From the IMG/VR virus record IMGVR_UViG_3300031993_000044, positions 1 through 64,000 of that record: DNA of 64,000 nucleotides; one strand, written 5' to 3'. The DNA is from a virus (Duplodnaviria; Caudoviricetes). Positions 54,192 to 63,357 of the stretch are shown piece after piece (position 1 is the stretch's first letter; each line of letters starts with the position of its first letter). Both the position numbers and the translations under genes were made by a program. The notes beneath the pieces were generated by a model, which was given only the letters and a program-made list of their open reading frames with translations, had not been told where the DNA came from and did no database searches.

Positions 54192-57100
54192 TTAGTACGG
54201 ATAAGGATAACCGCCTACATACGGGAATGGGAACGGGCTTTGGTCAACTATTTCAACGTCGATATACCATTTGCCGCCGTTCTTTTCTACTTTAGTCACG
54301 CGATACGTTGTGCCACGCTGGAACAGTATTTCGGACTCATAGCCAAATGCAGCTTGCGGAGAAATACCGTCCCATGATGCGCCGGCACCCCTGCCAAACG
54401 CACTGAACGGCTCACAGTACATTCCTTTCGTGCCACGCGGAGCGTAGATGTTGAAGATAACGGGCTTGCTGTCAAAGCCCTTGCCCTTTGCAACGCCAGC
54501 ACTCCAATATGCGCCCTCCGTTCCTGTCTTGCCGACAAGCGCGTAAATGTCAGCGTCGCTTGCAGTGGCATAGTTAGTAAGGCCGAACTTCTTAAGTCCG
54601 ACTTTATCATCACCTCTTTGCAGCCACATGTCGAAGTCGTATGTTGACTTGTCGATAATGCTTTCAATGAGCGGGATGCGCGTAAGTCCACGCTTTGCCT
54701 TTGCAGCAGGGCCGTAATAAGTAAGGCCACGCAACGGCTCGTTGATGTTGTGGTATTCTTCGGTGTAGCCGTAAATTGCATCACGTTCCTTTTGTGAAGC
54801 GTTACGCCACACCTCGCCACTCTTCGGACGCAGTTTGTCGTCGGCTTCTTTTGTGTCCTTCGCCCACATAGCGAGGTCTTTTCTTCCCCTGCTGTAGGCA
54901 TCCGTCAAGTCCTCCCCCAGCGACTTAAGCTTTAGGCGCACAGTGTTGATGTCGCCTTTTTGGACTGCAAGCAGAATGTCATTGTATGCGTACCGCTCAA
55001 CATCTGTAAGCCCAAGACCGCCCTTTTGCCAAAGCGTAAGCCGCTTGTCTGCAAGCTGCCCGGCCATCTGCATAAGCTCCGTGTCCGTAATTACGCCGCC
55101 CAGCTTTGAGGACGTTGTGGAAGTCGAAGCAGCACCGCCTTTCTTCTTGTTTCGGTATTTCGCTGAAGCTTCCAAGCTCTTTTTGTACTTCTCTGCATCC
55201 TTGACTGCTTGCTGTGCCAAAGCAAGGTCGTCTTTGAGTGACAGCAATGCTTCGATGTTGTCAATGTGCTGCTGGTACTTCGGGCTGGCAGTCGTAAACG
55301 CCTTAAGCTGGTTGTACTGCTGCATGACAACCTGCCAATCCATGTTAAGCTTGGCTTCTTTGTACAGCTTGATATATGCCTCCTGCGAGATTTTCCACGT
55401 GTTCGGGAACTTCTGCTGTATGCCGTTCATGTTCGCGCCGAGGAAATCGTAGGCTTCAAAGCTGTATTTCTTCATCTGACCTGCGTAGTCGCTTGTATGC
55501 GAAAGTACATACTGCACCTTCTTATCTACAGCATCTTCTACTGCTTGCAGGTCAGCAAGTGACACATCTTTCAAGTGAGCCTTTGCATCCTGCACGTACT
55601 TGAACGACTTAACGGCCTTGTTGATACCTGCAATTTGCTGTGCAAGCTGTTTTGTAAGCTGCTGTGCGTCGTTTAGGCGGTAAGTGAGTAGTTTATCCTG
55701 CAAGTCAGAAATAAGCGGTTGTAGCTCCTTGTAGCCGTGTTTTTGAGCGGCTGCAATAACATTCTTCGCAGTGTTGAACTTAAGGGCGTTCTGTTTCCTG
55801 CGCTCGTTCCATGCGTTTTGTATGGCTTTTGCGTCGCGTGCTGCGTGACGCTGCTCACGTGCAAGCTGTATCGGGTCAACAAATTCGGACTTCTTCACAA
55901 TCTTTGACAGCGTGCTTACGTTGACATGCAGATTGTCGATGCGGAAGAACTCATAGCCGTACTTGGGCGACACGTTGCTGCTGTACTCCTTGAAAGCTTC
56001 CAGCGTGTCGAAGCGTTTGTTGTTCTGCGGGTCGTAGAAGTAGCCCTTGCCGTTTTCCTTGACGTAGTTGAACGTGTGGCCGCTCTTTGCGCCTTTCCAC
56101 GTAACGCCAATCTGATACACGCCGTCAGGCTGCTTTTGCAGCCAGCCGTACATAACGCTGACTTTCGTGCTTTTCTGAATGTCAGCCATGCGTAAAGGCG
56201 TGCCGTCGGTTTTCTTCCAAACGTCGAGGTAGCCTTTTGTAAGTATCTTCTTGTATATAGTGCCGTCGTTGCCCTTTGCTTCGATGTTGAAGCCAAAGCG
56301 ACGTAGCATGTAAACGGGTGCCGTCGTTTGGCAGTTGATGGAATAGTCCTTCTTCCACTTTGGATTGAGTACAAGCTTTCCCTGCGCGTTGCGCACGTAC
56401 TTTTCCCTATACTGCGGGTTGACGTGCCTGGTATTCGCCTGTTCGTGTGTCATTGGGCGACCCTTTGCAATGCCAATCTCGCGTGCAAGCTGCTTAAGGT
56501 TGCGCTTAAGCTCGTCGGAGAATCCAGCCCAAACAAGCTCGTCCCACTTCTTCTGTATCTCAACGCCACGCATAGCCTTTGCGTATGCTTGCTGCACAGC
56601 GTAGATGTCGCCTTGCTTGATTGCGCTGTACAGAGCGTTAAGCCGTCCTGTGAGTGCCGTTCCTGCGTCAATGTCAGCGTTGCTAATTGCACGCTGCACA
56701 CGCTCCAGCTGGTATCTGTTCCAACGCTCCTGCACTGCTGCATCGTCACGCTTTGCATGACGCGCTTCAATGGCCATCCTGCGCCTACGCTCGTCCCAAC
56801 GACGCTGAATGTCTGCCTTTTCTGCTTCCGTTTTCACATGCTTGGGCTGCACGTACACGCCCATCTTCTGCTGCTCGTCCTTATTGAACTCAAAGCGCCA
56901 ATACTTGGGGTTGTCACGGAAAACGTATGCAAGCGTGCCGCGCTCACCGGCAGCGAGTATCTTGTCACGGTTACGATGCACATACTCCTTGAAAGCGTCA
57001 GGCACTTGCGTAACGGCATTAGGGCTGACATAGTTTGAAATGTCCTCGCCTTTCTGCTTGCGCCTGATTATCTCGTCACGCTCCTGCTTGCTGCACAGCA

Positions 57101-58013
57101 CGGGCGCACTGGCACACATGCACTGCGGATGAAAGCCCGCAAAGTCAAAGTCCTTCGGGTACACGCCCCAAAGCTCGTCGCAAATGTCGGGCTTCGGGTG
57201 CTGCGGACTGCCCCAAATGCGTATGCCAAGCACAAACGGCTCACTGCGCCAGCGTGCGTTGTTGCCGTAGTGGTACGACATGTTGATTTCGCTGCGCATG
57301 AGCCTGAATGAGTTTTTGTAGCTGCTTCTGTAAACGCCCTGTCCGACTTCTTCCAGCGGTGCAACGACAAAGCGCACGTTGCCGTCCTCGTCAATGACGC
57401 GCTTGTGCCAAACTGCAACGTCCTTCTTCTTTCCTCCCGTCGTAATAACGGTGTGGTGATAGCGTCGATACATCATGTCCGGCTCTTTGAGCTGGTCGCG
57501 CACACGCAGGGAAAGCTCCGCTGCACTCGTACCCTTTGAAAGCCCGTCCTTAATGACGTTGCTCATTGCAATCTCAAACTCGCTTTTCGTCTGCTGTGCG
57601 TAGTTCCAAATGTTCTGCGAAAGGTTAAGCCCCTGTGGGTTGTTCATGCGCCTGGCAGTGAAAGCGTTTATAGCCATCCTGCGCACGCGCTCAATGGCTG
57701 AATCGTTGAGTATGGTGTAGCCGTGCAGGTTCTTTGCATCCTGCCCGAAAGCAAGCGCAACGCCCGACGCGATGCCCTGTTTCGTCAGTAGTAAGTTGTC
57801 CTGCACGTACTGATTGAAGATGTCACGCAGTCTGTACTGAAGCTCGGGGAAATTGTCAAACATAAACAGCGGGTTATCTGCAAGCTTTTCATCCACGCTT
57901 ATGCCAAGCTCCGAAAGTTCCTTGATGAACTTTGCGTAAAGCTTGCCCAAACGCTTGTTATATGCTCCGAAAAGCATTGTCAGTTCCTCTTGCTGCTGCT
58001 TGTTTGATGCCAT
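54192..58013 (-). CDS. MuF/SPP1 gp7-like head morphogenesis protein with papain-like toxin and C-terminal ADP-ribosyltransferase domains
   Basis: GLNLSQNIW, RLMRSEINMSYH, CDELWGVYPKDF..FHPQCMC; SINCQ..GHTFN..YDPQ; LQRG..WSAG..YESEILFQRG. Confidence 0.88.
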   Translation of the reverse strand: MASNKQQQEELTMLFGAYNKRLGKLYAKFIKELSELGISVDEKLADNPLFMFDNFPELQYRLRDIFNQYVQDNLLLTKQGIASGVALAFGQDAKNLHGYTILNDSAIERVRRMAINAFTARRMNNPQGLNLSQNIWNYAQQTKSEFEIAMSNVIKDGLSKGTSAAELSLRVRDQLKEPDMMYRRYHHTVITTGGKKKDVAVWHKRVIDEDGNVRFVVAPLEEVGQGVYRSSYKNSFRLMRSEINMSYHYGNNARWRSEPFVLGIRIWGSPQHPKPDICDELWGVYPKDFDFAGFHPQCMCASAPVLCSKQERDEIIRRKQKGEDISNYVSPNAVTQVPDAFKEYVHRNRDKILAAGERGTLAYVFRDNPKYWRFEFNKDEQQKMGVYVQPKHVKTEAEKADIQRRWDERRRRMAIEARHAKRDDAAVQERWNRYQLERVQRAISNADIDAGTALTGRLNALYSAIKQGDIYAVQQAYAKAMRGVEIQKKWDELVWAGFSDELKRNLKQLAREIGIAKGRPMTHEQANTRHVNPQYREKYVRNAQGKLVLNPKWKKDYSINCQTTAPVYMLRRFGFNIEAKGNDGTIYKKILTKGYLDVWKKTDGTPLRMADIQKSTKVSVMYGWLQKQPDGVYQIGVTWKGAKSGHTFNYVKENGKGYFYDPQNNKRFDTLEAFKEYSSNVSPKYGYEFFRIDNLHVNVSTLSKIVKKSEFVDPIQLAREQRHAARDAKAIQNAWNERRKQNALKFNTAKNVIAAAQKHGYKELQPLISDLQDKLLTYRLNDAQQLTKQLAQQIAGINKAVKSFKYVQDAKAHLKDVSLADLQAVEDAVDKKVQYVLSHTSDYAGQMKKYSFEAYDFLGANMNGIQQKFPNTWKISQEAYIKLYKEAKLNMDWQVVMQQYNQLKAFTTASPKYQQHIDNIEALLSLKDDLALAQQAVKDAEKYKKSLEASAKYRNKKKGGAASTSTTSSKLGGVITDTELMQMAGQLADKRLTLWQKGGLGLTDVERYAYNDILLAVQKGDINTVRLKLKSLGEDLTDAYSRGRKDLAMWAKDTKEADDKLRPKSGEVWRNASQKERDAIYGYTEEYHNINEPLRGLTYYGPAAKAKRGLTRIPLIESIIDKSTYDFDMWLQRGDDKVGLKKFGLTNYATASDADIYALVGKTGTEGAYWSAGVAKGKGFDSKPVIFNIYAPRGTKGMYCEPFSAFGRGAGASWDGISPQAAFGYESEILFQRGTTYRVTKVEKNGGKWYIDVEIVDQSPFPFPYVGGYPYPY

Positions 58014-58110
58014 TTTTCGACGTTTTTGCGACTTTTTTATTTTTTCATTTTTTGCGCTATATAATAGTTATACTATACAGTAGGATATAATAATATAATT
58101 ATATATATTT

Positions 58111-58165
58111 ATCCTTATCCTTAAGACCTTGCTTGGGGCTTAATCGTAAGTTGCTGATAATCAAC
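58111..58165 (+). repeat. bipartite direct repeat, copy 2
   Basis: ATCCTTATCCTTAAGACCTT-N20-TTGCTGATAATCAAC. Confidence 0.85.
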
Positions 58166-58241
58166 ACTTAAAAAACGCGCTAAACACCCTTTTAACGTTT
58201 GTTGACTTTAATGAAAGGTATTTTTACGTTTTAGCCCCTTA

Positions 58242-58325
58242 TTTTAACACGTGCTTAACTAAAAACAGCCGTTTTTCAGCAGTAACAGGCTTTGTTAAGA
58301 GTTTTAACACGGTTTTAACTAAAAA
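58242..58325 (+). repeat. two 24-bp direct repeats, 60-bp period
   Basis: TTTTAACACGtgcTTAACTAAAAA (58242) and TTTTAACACGgttTTAACTAAAAA (58302). Confidence 0.8.
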
Positions 58326-58447
58326 AGCGCACTTGAAGCACCGAAAAACTAAATATCCGTTAATTGGTACGGTTAATTTTTGTAAATCAGCCTGCAACCG
58401 CGCTTTTTGGAAAGAGAGTATAAAGTGTGGGAAATATCATCGTCCTA

Positions 58448-59914
58448 TTATGCACCCTCATTGAAAGCGTCACCTGCGCCGAATATCTCGCGTTGCTCCT
58501 TTGCAGCTTCTTCTTTTTCCTTTTTGAGCTGCTGGATAGTCTGCTCCGGGTTGTCAACTTTAGGATTCTTATGCACAGCTTCTTCTTGCGACATCGTAGG
58601 CTTGCCGCCCGTGGAAAGATTGATGATTTCGATTTCCTCTTTCTCGTTCTTTGGCAAGTACGGGTTGAAGATGGGCTTGCAGAAAGTAGCTTCCACAACA
58701 GACGCGCCCACGCCGTCACGCTGCGCACAGCCGCCCTTAACGACGTTGAAGCGACGCTCGAAGTTCTCACCGAAAAGCTCCTGCTTGTCGTCAGCCTTCA
58801 TAAACGGGTCTGTAAACATAAGGTTGATGGCTACGCCGCTTGTGTTGCTGCCAATCTCCTTCATGCTCTTAAAGCTGATGTCGGGTGTCTGCGTATAGCT
58901 GAATATGATGTTGAAAAGCTCCGCAAGCTCGCCTTTCATGCTTTCGGGGCTGTTGTCCCAAGAAAGCACCTTCATGTCCGTTTCGTTGCCCTCGCCTTGG
59001 TACACCTTGCCCTGCTCACCCTTTTCGGCAAAGCCCTTAAGCTTTCCCTTGAAGAAGTACGACGGTGAGCCAAAGTAGTCGTTGGTGTCACCCCAGTTTG
59101 AAAGCAGCGTATCTACACGGTCACATGCTGGCTGCACATCGTCCCACTCCGTTTTTTCCTGCCTGTAGTAGATAACGGGCATACGGTCGAAGCCGTGAGG
59201 GATGGGTGCCAAGTCCTTTGCGTAGAGCTGTGCGCCGTTTGCGTCCGTCTCAAAGCGGTAAACGAAAAGCTTTGTGTAAACGTCGAAGTGCGTAATGTAC
59301 TGACCGTTCAAGTCCATTGTACGGTAGCCACGCCCGAAGCCGTCCATGCGCCCGTAATCGTCGAAGTGTGGCAGCAGCAAGTCGCCGCGTGACGGGCTTA
59401 ACAGCTGCACGCGCATTTCTCCCGACGTTGGCTTGCCGTTCTCGTCAGGCACAAAGTACCAAAGCTCTGCTGCTTCACGCTCACGGAACACTGCACGGGC
59501 AAGCTTCTTGTCAAAGTACGGCATCTTGTTCTGCTCGTACACAGTCATAACGCTGTCAAACAGCTTTTGCGAGGAATCAGCCGTATTGTCGCCCTTAAGC
59601 TGGTACGTCGCGGGCTTGCCCAGCAGGAAACCGGCTGTGCGCTCAACGAGAAGCTTCTGTATGGGAACAGCGACACGGCACACTTCCACGTACTTGATTT
59701 TGTAGATGGGGTTGCCGTCCGCGTCGAACTTGTCCGTCTTTACCTTTACTTGCTTGCGCTTGCGCTTTGTGCGGTCAAAGACTGCGTGCCTGTAAACGTT
59801 GTATTCCGCTTCCGTTTCCGTGAAGGACTTTGAAAAGCGGGGTTTGCACATGGTAAGCGAATCACGTACCTGCTCACCTGATGGAAGTTCCAAAACTTGC
59901 GCTATTGTACTCAT
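58448..59914 (-). CDS. portal protein (SPP1-type)
   Basis: RVAVPIQKLLVE..AGFLLGKP, HGFDRMPVIYY, LSNWGDTNDYFGSP, FNPYLPKN. Confidence 0.93.
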   Translation of the reverse strand: MSTIAQVLELPSGEQVRDSLTMCKPRFSKSFTETEAEYNVYRHAVFDRTKRKRKQVKVKTDKFDADGNPIYKIKYVEVCRVAVPIQKLLVERTAGFLLGKPATYQLKGDNTADSSQKLFDSVMTVYEQNKMPYFDKKLARAVFREREAAELWYFVPDENGKPTSGEMRVQLLSPSRGDLLLPHFDDYGRMDGFGRGYRTMDLNGQYITHFDVYTKLFVYRFETDANGAQLYAKDLAPIPHGFDRMPVIYYRQEKTEWDDVQPACDRVDTLLSNWGDTNDYFGSPSYFFKGKLKGFAEKGEQGKVYQGEGNETDMKVLSWDNSPESMKGELAELFNIIFSYTQTPDISFKSMKEIGSNTSGVAINLMFTDPFMKADDKQELFGENFERRFNVVKGGCAQRDGVGASVVEATFCKPIFNPYLPKNEKEEIEIINLSTGGKPTMSQEEAVHKNPKVDNPEQTIQQLKKEKEEAAKEQREIFGAGDAFNEGA

Positions 59915-59917
59915 ATC

Positions 59918-61525
59918 TTATAATATATCTGCCAATCCTTGCGCATCTAAACCGTCGCCGTTCTGTCCGAGTACTTCTTCAAGTATCACGTAGCGTATGG
60001 CATCGATGCAATTATGTACGAGCAGGCCGTTAGCAAAGTATTCGTGCTGGCCGCTTACTTCCAAGTCAAAGACTTGGGCTTCGCCCGCGTCAGCTGCAAA
60101 GATACTCTTTATTTTCCTGCTTGTTTGCTCATTGCCGCAACTTTGTGTAAACACCTCGTCGCCTGCGTGCAAACATCCTATTTTTTGCCACTTGTCTTTC
60201 GTTTTAACAAGGTGTTCGGGTGTCGCCCGAATGTCTATCTGCCCATCGTCGAAAACGAGCGTAAAACGCTTTATTTTGCGCTTCCCGTTCTTCCACAGCT
60301 TCGTAACGCGCCTGTAGCCCTTGCTCGTCAGCACTAAATCGTCAGTCGTTATGTTCGCTATGCGCTTGCTGCCCATCGACGTGGTAATCATCGTGTCGGC
60401 AGTGAAGCAGTGGTTGAAAGCGTCAACGGGTTCGTTGAGCCACTTTCCGTTTTTGTCTTTTCTGTACACGTAGGACTTAAGTTCTTTTATGAGGTTCGTA
60501 CTTCTACGGGTAACGACAAGCTTGTACTGCTGCATCTTCTGCAATCCTGCACGCACACTGCCCGAATACTTTTTCACGCCGTGTATGTCAATGCCCGTGT
60601 TGTATATTTCGTCTATTTCTCGCGGTTCGCTGCTGTCTGCCCACACTTTGGGTTGCCAATGCTGCTGCTGTTTGAGTTCCTCCACGATGTCATTCGTACC
60701 CATCTGCGTGCGATAGCAAAGCTCGTCCAAGTATATAGTGTTGCCAACAATGCTGACAAGCACGATGGCGGTAGGGTCGTTTGTGTAGCCAAAGTCCAAG
60801 CCCAAGAAACGGTGCTTGCGTGCCTGGGGCGGCAGCTCGTCCACGACTTCGTATGTTTTGAATATGCGGCCCTCGATGATTGCACGCTGCCCAAGGCCGT
60901 ACACCTGCCAAAGCGACGGCGAAGTTTCTTTCAGTTCCTCGATGCTGTCAATGACTTGCTGCTCCAAGAAAGGGTTGTCCTTGTACGTGCTGATGAAGAA
61001 GAATGTGCGTGCGCTGCTGTTTACTTTCTCTACAATCCAGTGTTCATCGTCAAAGGACGGGTTGTAGTCAATGAGCGTGAACAGCGTAGTACGTAGCTTA
61101 AGCTGCGTCCACTCGTCAAAGGTCAGCTCGTTAGCCTCGTTGACGTACAGAATCATGCGCTTTCGTCCACGCAGTCGCTGGTCGTCAGTCGCAGGAAAGA
61201 ACTCTATCCATGAGCCGTTAGGGAACGTGTATATTAAGTCCGTCTTGTTCATGCACTTGGGATTCCATTGCCCCATGCGCTTCATTATTTCCTCAAAGTC
61301 ACGGTACACAGTTCCCTTTAGCGCCGGGCGCGTGCCACGCACGATAGCTACGGTTGTACCCGCATACGTCAGACAGCGCACGATTAGCCAAATGACGATT
61401 GTGTACGTCTTGCTGCTTCGTGCGCTACCCTGTGCCGACACAGTGCTGTAACCTGCATCAAATGCACTCTGTATTACGTTATATACACGGGAAACCTGTA
61501 TCTTCATGCTTTGTTGTATAACCAT
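59918..61525 (-). CDS. terL: terminase large subunit (PBSX-type) with intein
   Basis: QGSARSSKT Walker A, YVNEANE, DYNP, TYKDNPFL, GLDFGYTNDPT, NH/CIDAIRY. Confidence 0.95.
   Translation of the reverse strand: MVIQQSMKIQVSRVYNVIQSAFDAGYSTVSAQGSARSSKTYTIVIWLIVRCLTYAGTTVAIVRGTRPALKGTVYRDFEEIMKRMGQWNPKCMNKTDLIYTFPNGSWIEFFPATDDQRLRGRKRMILYVNEANELTFDEWTQLKLRTTLFTLIDYNPSFDDEHWIVEKVNSSARTFFFISTYKDNPFLEQQVIDSIEELKETSPSLWQVYGLGQRAIIEGRIFKTYEVVDELPPQARKHRFLGLDFGYTNDPTAIVLVSIVGNTIYLDELCYRTQMGTNDIVEELKQQQHWQPKVWADSSEPREIDEIYNTGIDIHGVKKYSGSVRAGLQKMQQYKLVVTRRSTNLIKELKSYVYRKDKNGKWLNEPVDAFNHCFTADTMITTSMGSKRIANITTDDLVLTSKGYRRVTKLWKNGKRKIKRFTLVFDDGQIDIRATPEHLVKTKDKWQKIGCLHAGDEVFTQSCGNEQTSRKIKSIFAADAGEAQVFDLEVSGQHEYFANGLLVHNCIDAIRYVILEEVLGQNGDGLDAQGLADIL
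60011..60409 (-). mobile_element. 133-aa mini-intein (Hint domain only) in TerL
   Basis: Starts CFTADT; block B ATPEH; ends VFDLEV..HEYFANGLLVHN with +1 Cys; excision restores DAFNH-CIDAIRY. Confidence 0.93.
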
Positions 61526-61557
61526 TTTCGTGAGCGCACGAAAATGATAGCGGACTG

Positions 61558-62001
61558 TTATTCATCCGTGCGCTCGTCAACCTGCATACGGCTGTCTATC
61601 ACTTCAATTGTCAGCGGCTCGTTCTTAATCTTCTCACCGCCCGAAGTAATGTCAAGCTTCTGCCCGACCTTGCCCAGCGCACGGTCAATCATGCGCTCCG
61701 CAATGTCGAAGCCCTTGCCGCCAAGCACGTTTCTCGCAACGACACGTATAAGCATGGGCTGCTCAACGTCCGCGATTATCTGTTTCAGCTTCCCCTCGTC
61801 AAGCGTAAGGACGTACAAGTACGACTTTGCAATGTCCTCCTGCTTGGGTATTTTGTAGCCCTCCTTTTTCAGCGTGTCACACACGCTCTTTATGCTCAAA
61901 GGCTTGCGTCCCTGCGGGTTGCCGCTCACTCCCTTTTGGAAACGGTACGGGCGTATGTTCTCAATTTTGCGTTGAGTGAGTTCGTCGTGTTCCTTTTCCA
62001 T
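61558..62001 (-). CDS. terS: terminase small subunit (DUF5681-type N-terminus)
   Basis: RFQKGVSGNPQGRKP; IDRALGK..QKLDITSGGEKI; directly upstream of TerL. Confidence 0.8.
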   Translation of the reverse strand: MEKEHDELTQRKIENIRPYRFQKGVSGNPQGRKPLSIKSVCDTLKKEGYKIPKQEDIAKSYLYVLTLDEGKLKQIIADVEQPMLIRVVARNVLGGKGFDIAERMIDRALGKVGQKLDITSGGEKIKNEPLTIEVIDSRMQVDERTDE

Positions 62002-62030
62002 AAATGTTCCTGTTTTGTTCCTGTTTTTTC

Positions 62031-62336
62031 TTAACGCTCATTGACATAGCTGACTGCACAGCTTTTGCGCTTGCTCTTGTCCGCTTCGTCCTTGAACTGT
62101 GCGTAAACGTCCATAAAGTTGTTAAGCTGCCGCTCGACAAGCAGCCTTGCGCTTAATGCGATAAACGCAGGGTACTTGTCTTGCGTCAACTCTTTGAGCT
62201 TTTCGTAGGGCTGCTCCAAGAGGTACTGCATAATGAGCACCTTGTCCTTTGCTGGCAGCATTTCGCGGAACTTGACATCAAGCTCCTTTTCAAGCTCACA
62301 CCTCACACGCTTTATTCTCTCTTTCCTTGTAGCCAT
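62031..62336 (-). CDS. hypothetical protein
   Basis: Coupled to the folE stop. Confidence 0.6.
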   Translation of the reverse strand: MATRKERIKRVRCELEKELDVKFREMLPAKDKVLIMQYLLEQPYEKLKELTQDKYPAFIALSARLLVERQLNNFMDVYAQFKDEADKSKRKSCAVSYVNER

Positions 62337-62938
62337 TACTCCGAATTGTTAATCAGGTTCATAAACTCGCTGCGTACTGCTGCATCCGTTTTGAACAGCC
62401 CGGTAAGGCAGGAGCTTGACATGATGCCCTTTTTCCTTGCGCCGCGAATCTCCTTGCACGTGTGATGTGCTTTCATCACGCACGCAATGCCCAGCGGTGC
62501 GTATTCATCGTCCAAGCCCTCTGTCAGCGCACTTTCAATCATGTTTACGATGTCATGCACCAAACGCTCCTGTATCTGCATACGTGCCGCGCAATAGTCC
62601 ACGACACGCGCAATCTTGCTTAAGCCGAGTATCTTTCCCTTTGGATGGGGAATGTAGGCAAAGTAGTACTTGCCCATGAAAGGCAGCACATGATGCTCAC
62701 ACATGCTGGCAAAGTCGCCCGTGTCAGTAACCATTTGGTCACAGCGCAAGCCGTCCGTGCCATTGTCAAACACAGTGATTTTGGGCTTCTTCTTCGGGTC
62801 GTAGCCCCGGAACAGTTCTTCCCACATGCGCACAATGCGCTCGGGCGTTCCTTTCAGCCCCTCACGGTTAGGGTCTTCACCCACATACTCCAGCAGCTCG
62901 CGCACGTGCTGCTCTGCTTCGTTCCTTGACAGCTTCAT
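62336..62938 (-). CDS. folE: GTP cyclohydrolase I
   Basis: GEDPNREGLKGTPERI, SMCEHHVLPF, GLSKIAR, QIQERL, HTCKEIRG. Confidence 0.96.
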   Translation of the reverse strand: MKLSRNEAEQHVRELLEYVGEDPNREGLKGTPERIVRMWEELFRGYDPKKKPKITVFDNGTDGLRCDQMVTDTGDFASMCEHHVLPFMGKYYFAYIPHPKGKILGLSKIARVVDYCAARMQIQERLVHDIVNMIESALTEGLDDEYAPLGIACVMKAHHTCKEIRGARKKGIMSSSCLTGLFKTDAAVRSEFMNLINNSE

Positions 62939-63279
62939 AGCTCGTTGATGTCGATTTCGTAGGTAGCAATGTTGTTTTCACTCTCCTGCACGTCTGCACG
63001 GTAGCACTGCGGAATAAGGTCAACAATCCAGCGTGCAATGTTTTCAGCCGTCGGGTTGAACGGCAGAATCTCATTGAGGTTTCCGTGGTCGAGCTTGCCG
63101 TGAATGGCACGCTTGATAAGGGCAAAGTCAGCAACCATGCCGTCCGCGTTCAACTCCTTTGCAGCACAGTACACCGTCACTTTCCAATTATGGCCGTGCA
63201 GTCCTGCACACTTGCTTGGGTAAGACAGCTGCAAGTGATGGCAAGCAGCAATCTCCATTGTTTTTTGAACTCTGTACAT
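62935..63279 (-). CDS. queD: 6-carboxytetrahydropterin synthase
   Basis: AACHHL..CAGLHGHNW, DFALIK, LDH..LN, PTAENIA, VQES. Confidence 0.95.
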   Translation of the reverse strand: MYRVQKTMEIAACHHLQLSYPSKCAGLHGHNWKVTVYCAAKELNADGMVADFALIKRAIHGKLDHGNLNEILPFNPTAENIARWIVDLIPQCYRADVQESENNIATYEIDINEL

Positions 63280-63357
63280 CTTTTTACTTGTTAGAGGTTA
63301 TACAATACTTCATAATTACTTAACAATTACTTGCTAATTCGTGCAAAACTTGCAAGG

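Noticed and set aside
63280-63357. Possible preQ1 riboswitch or 9-codon leader (MKYCITSNK) upstream of queD
   Set aside because: AGAGGTT lies on the wrong strand and no preQ1-I P1 stem forms on the coding strand; the mini-ORF has no independent support
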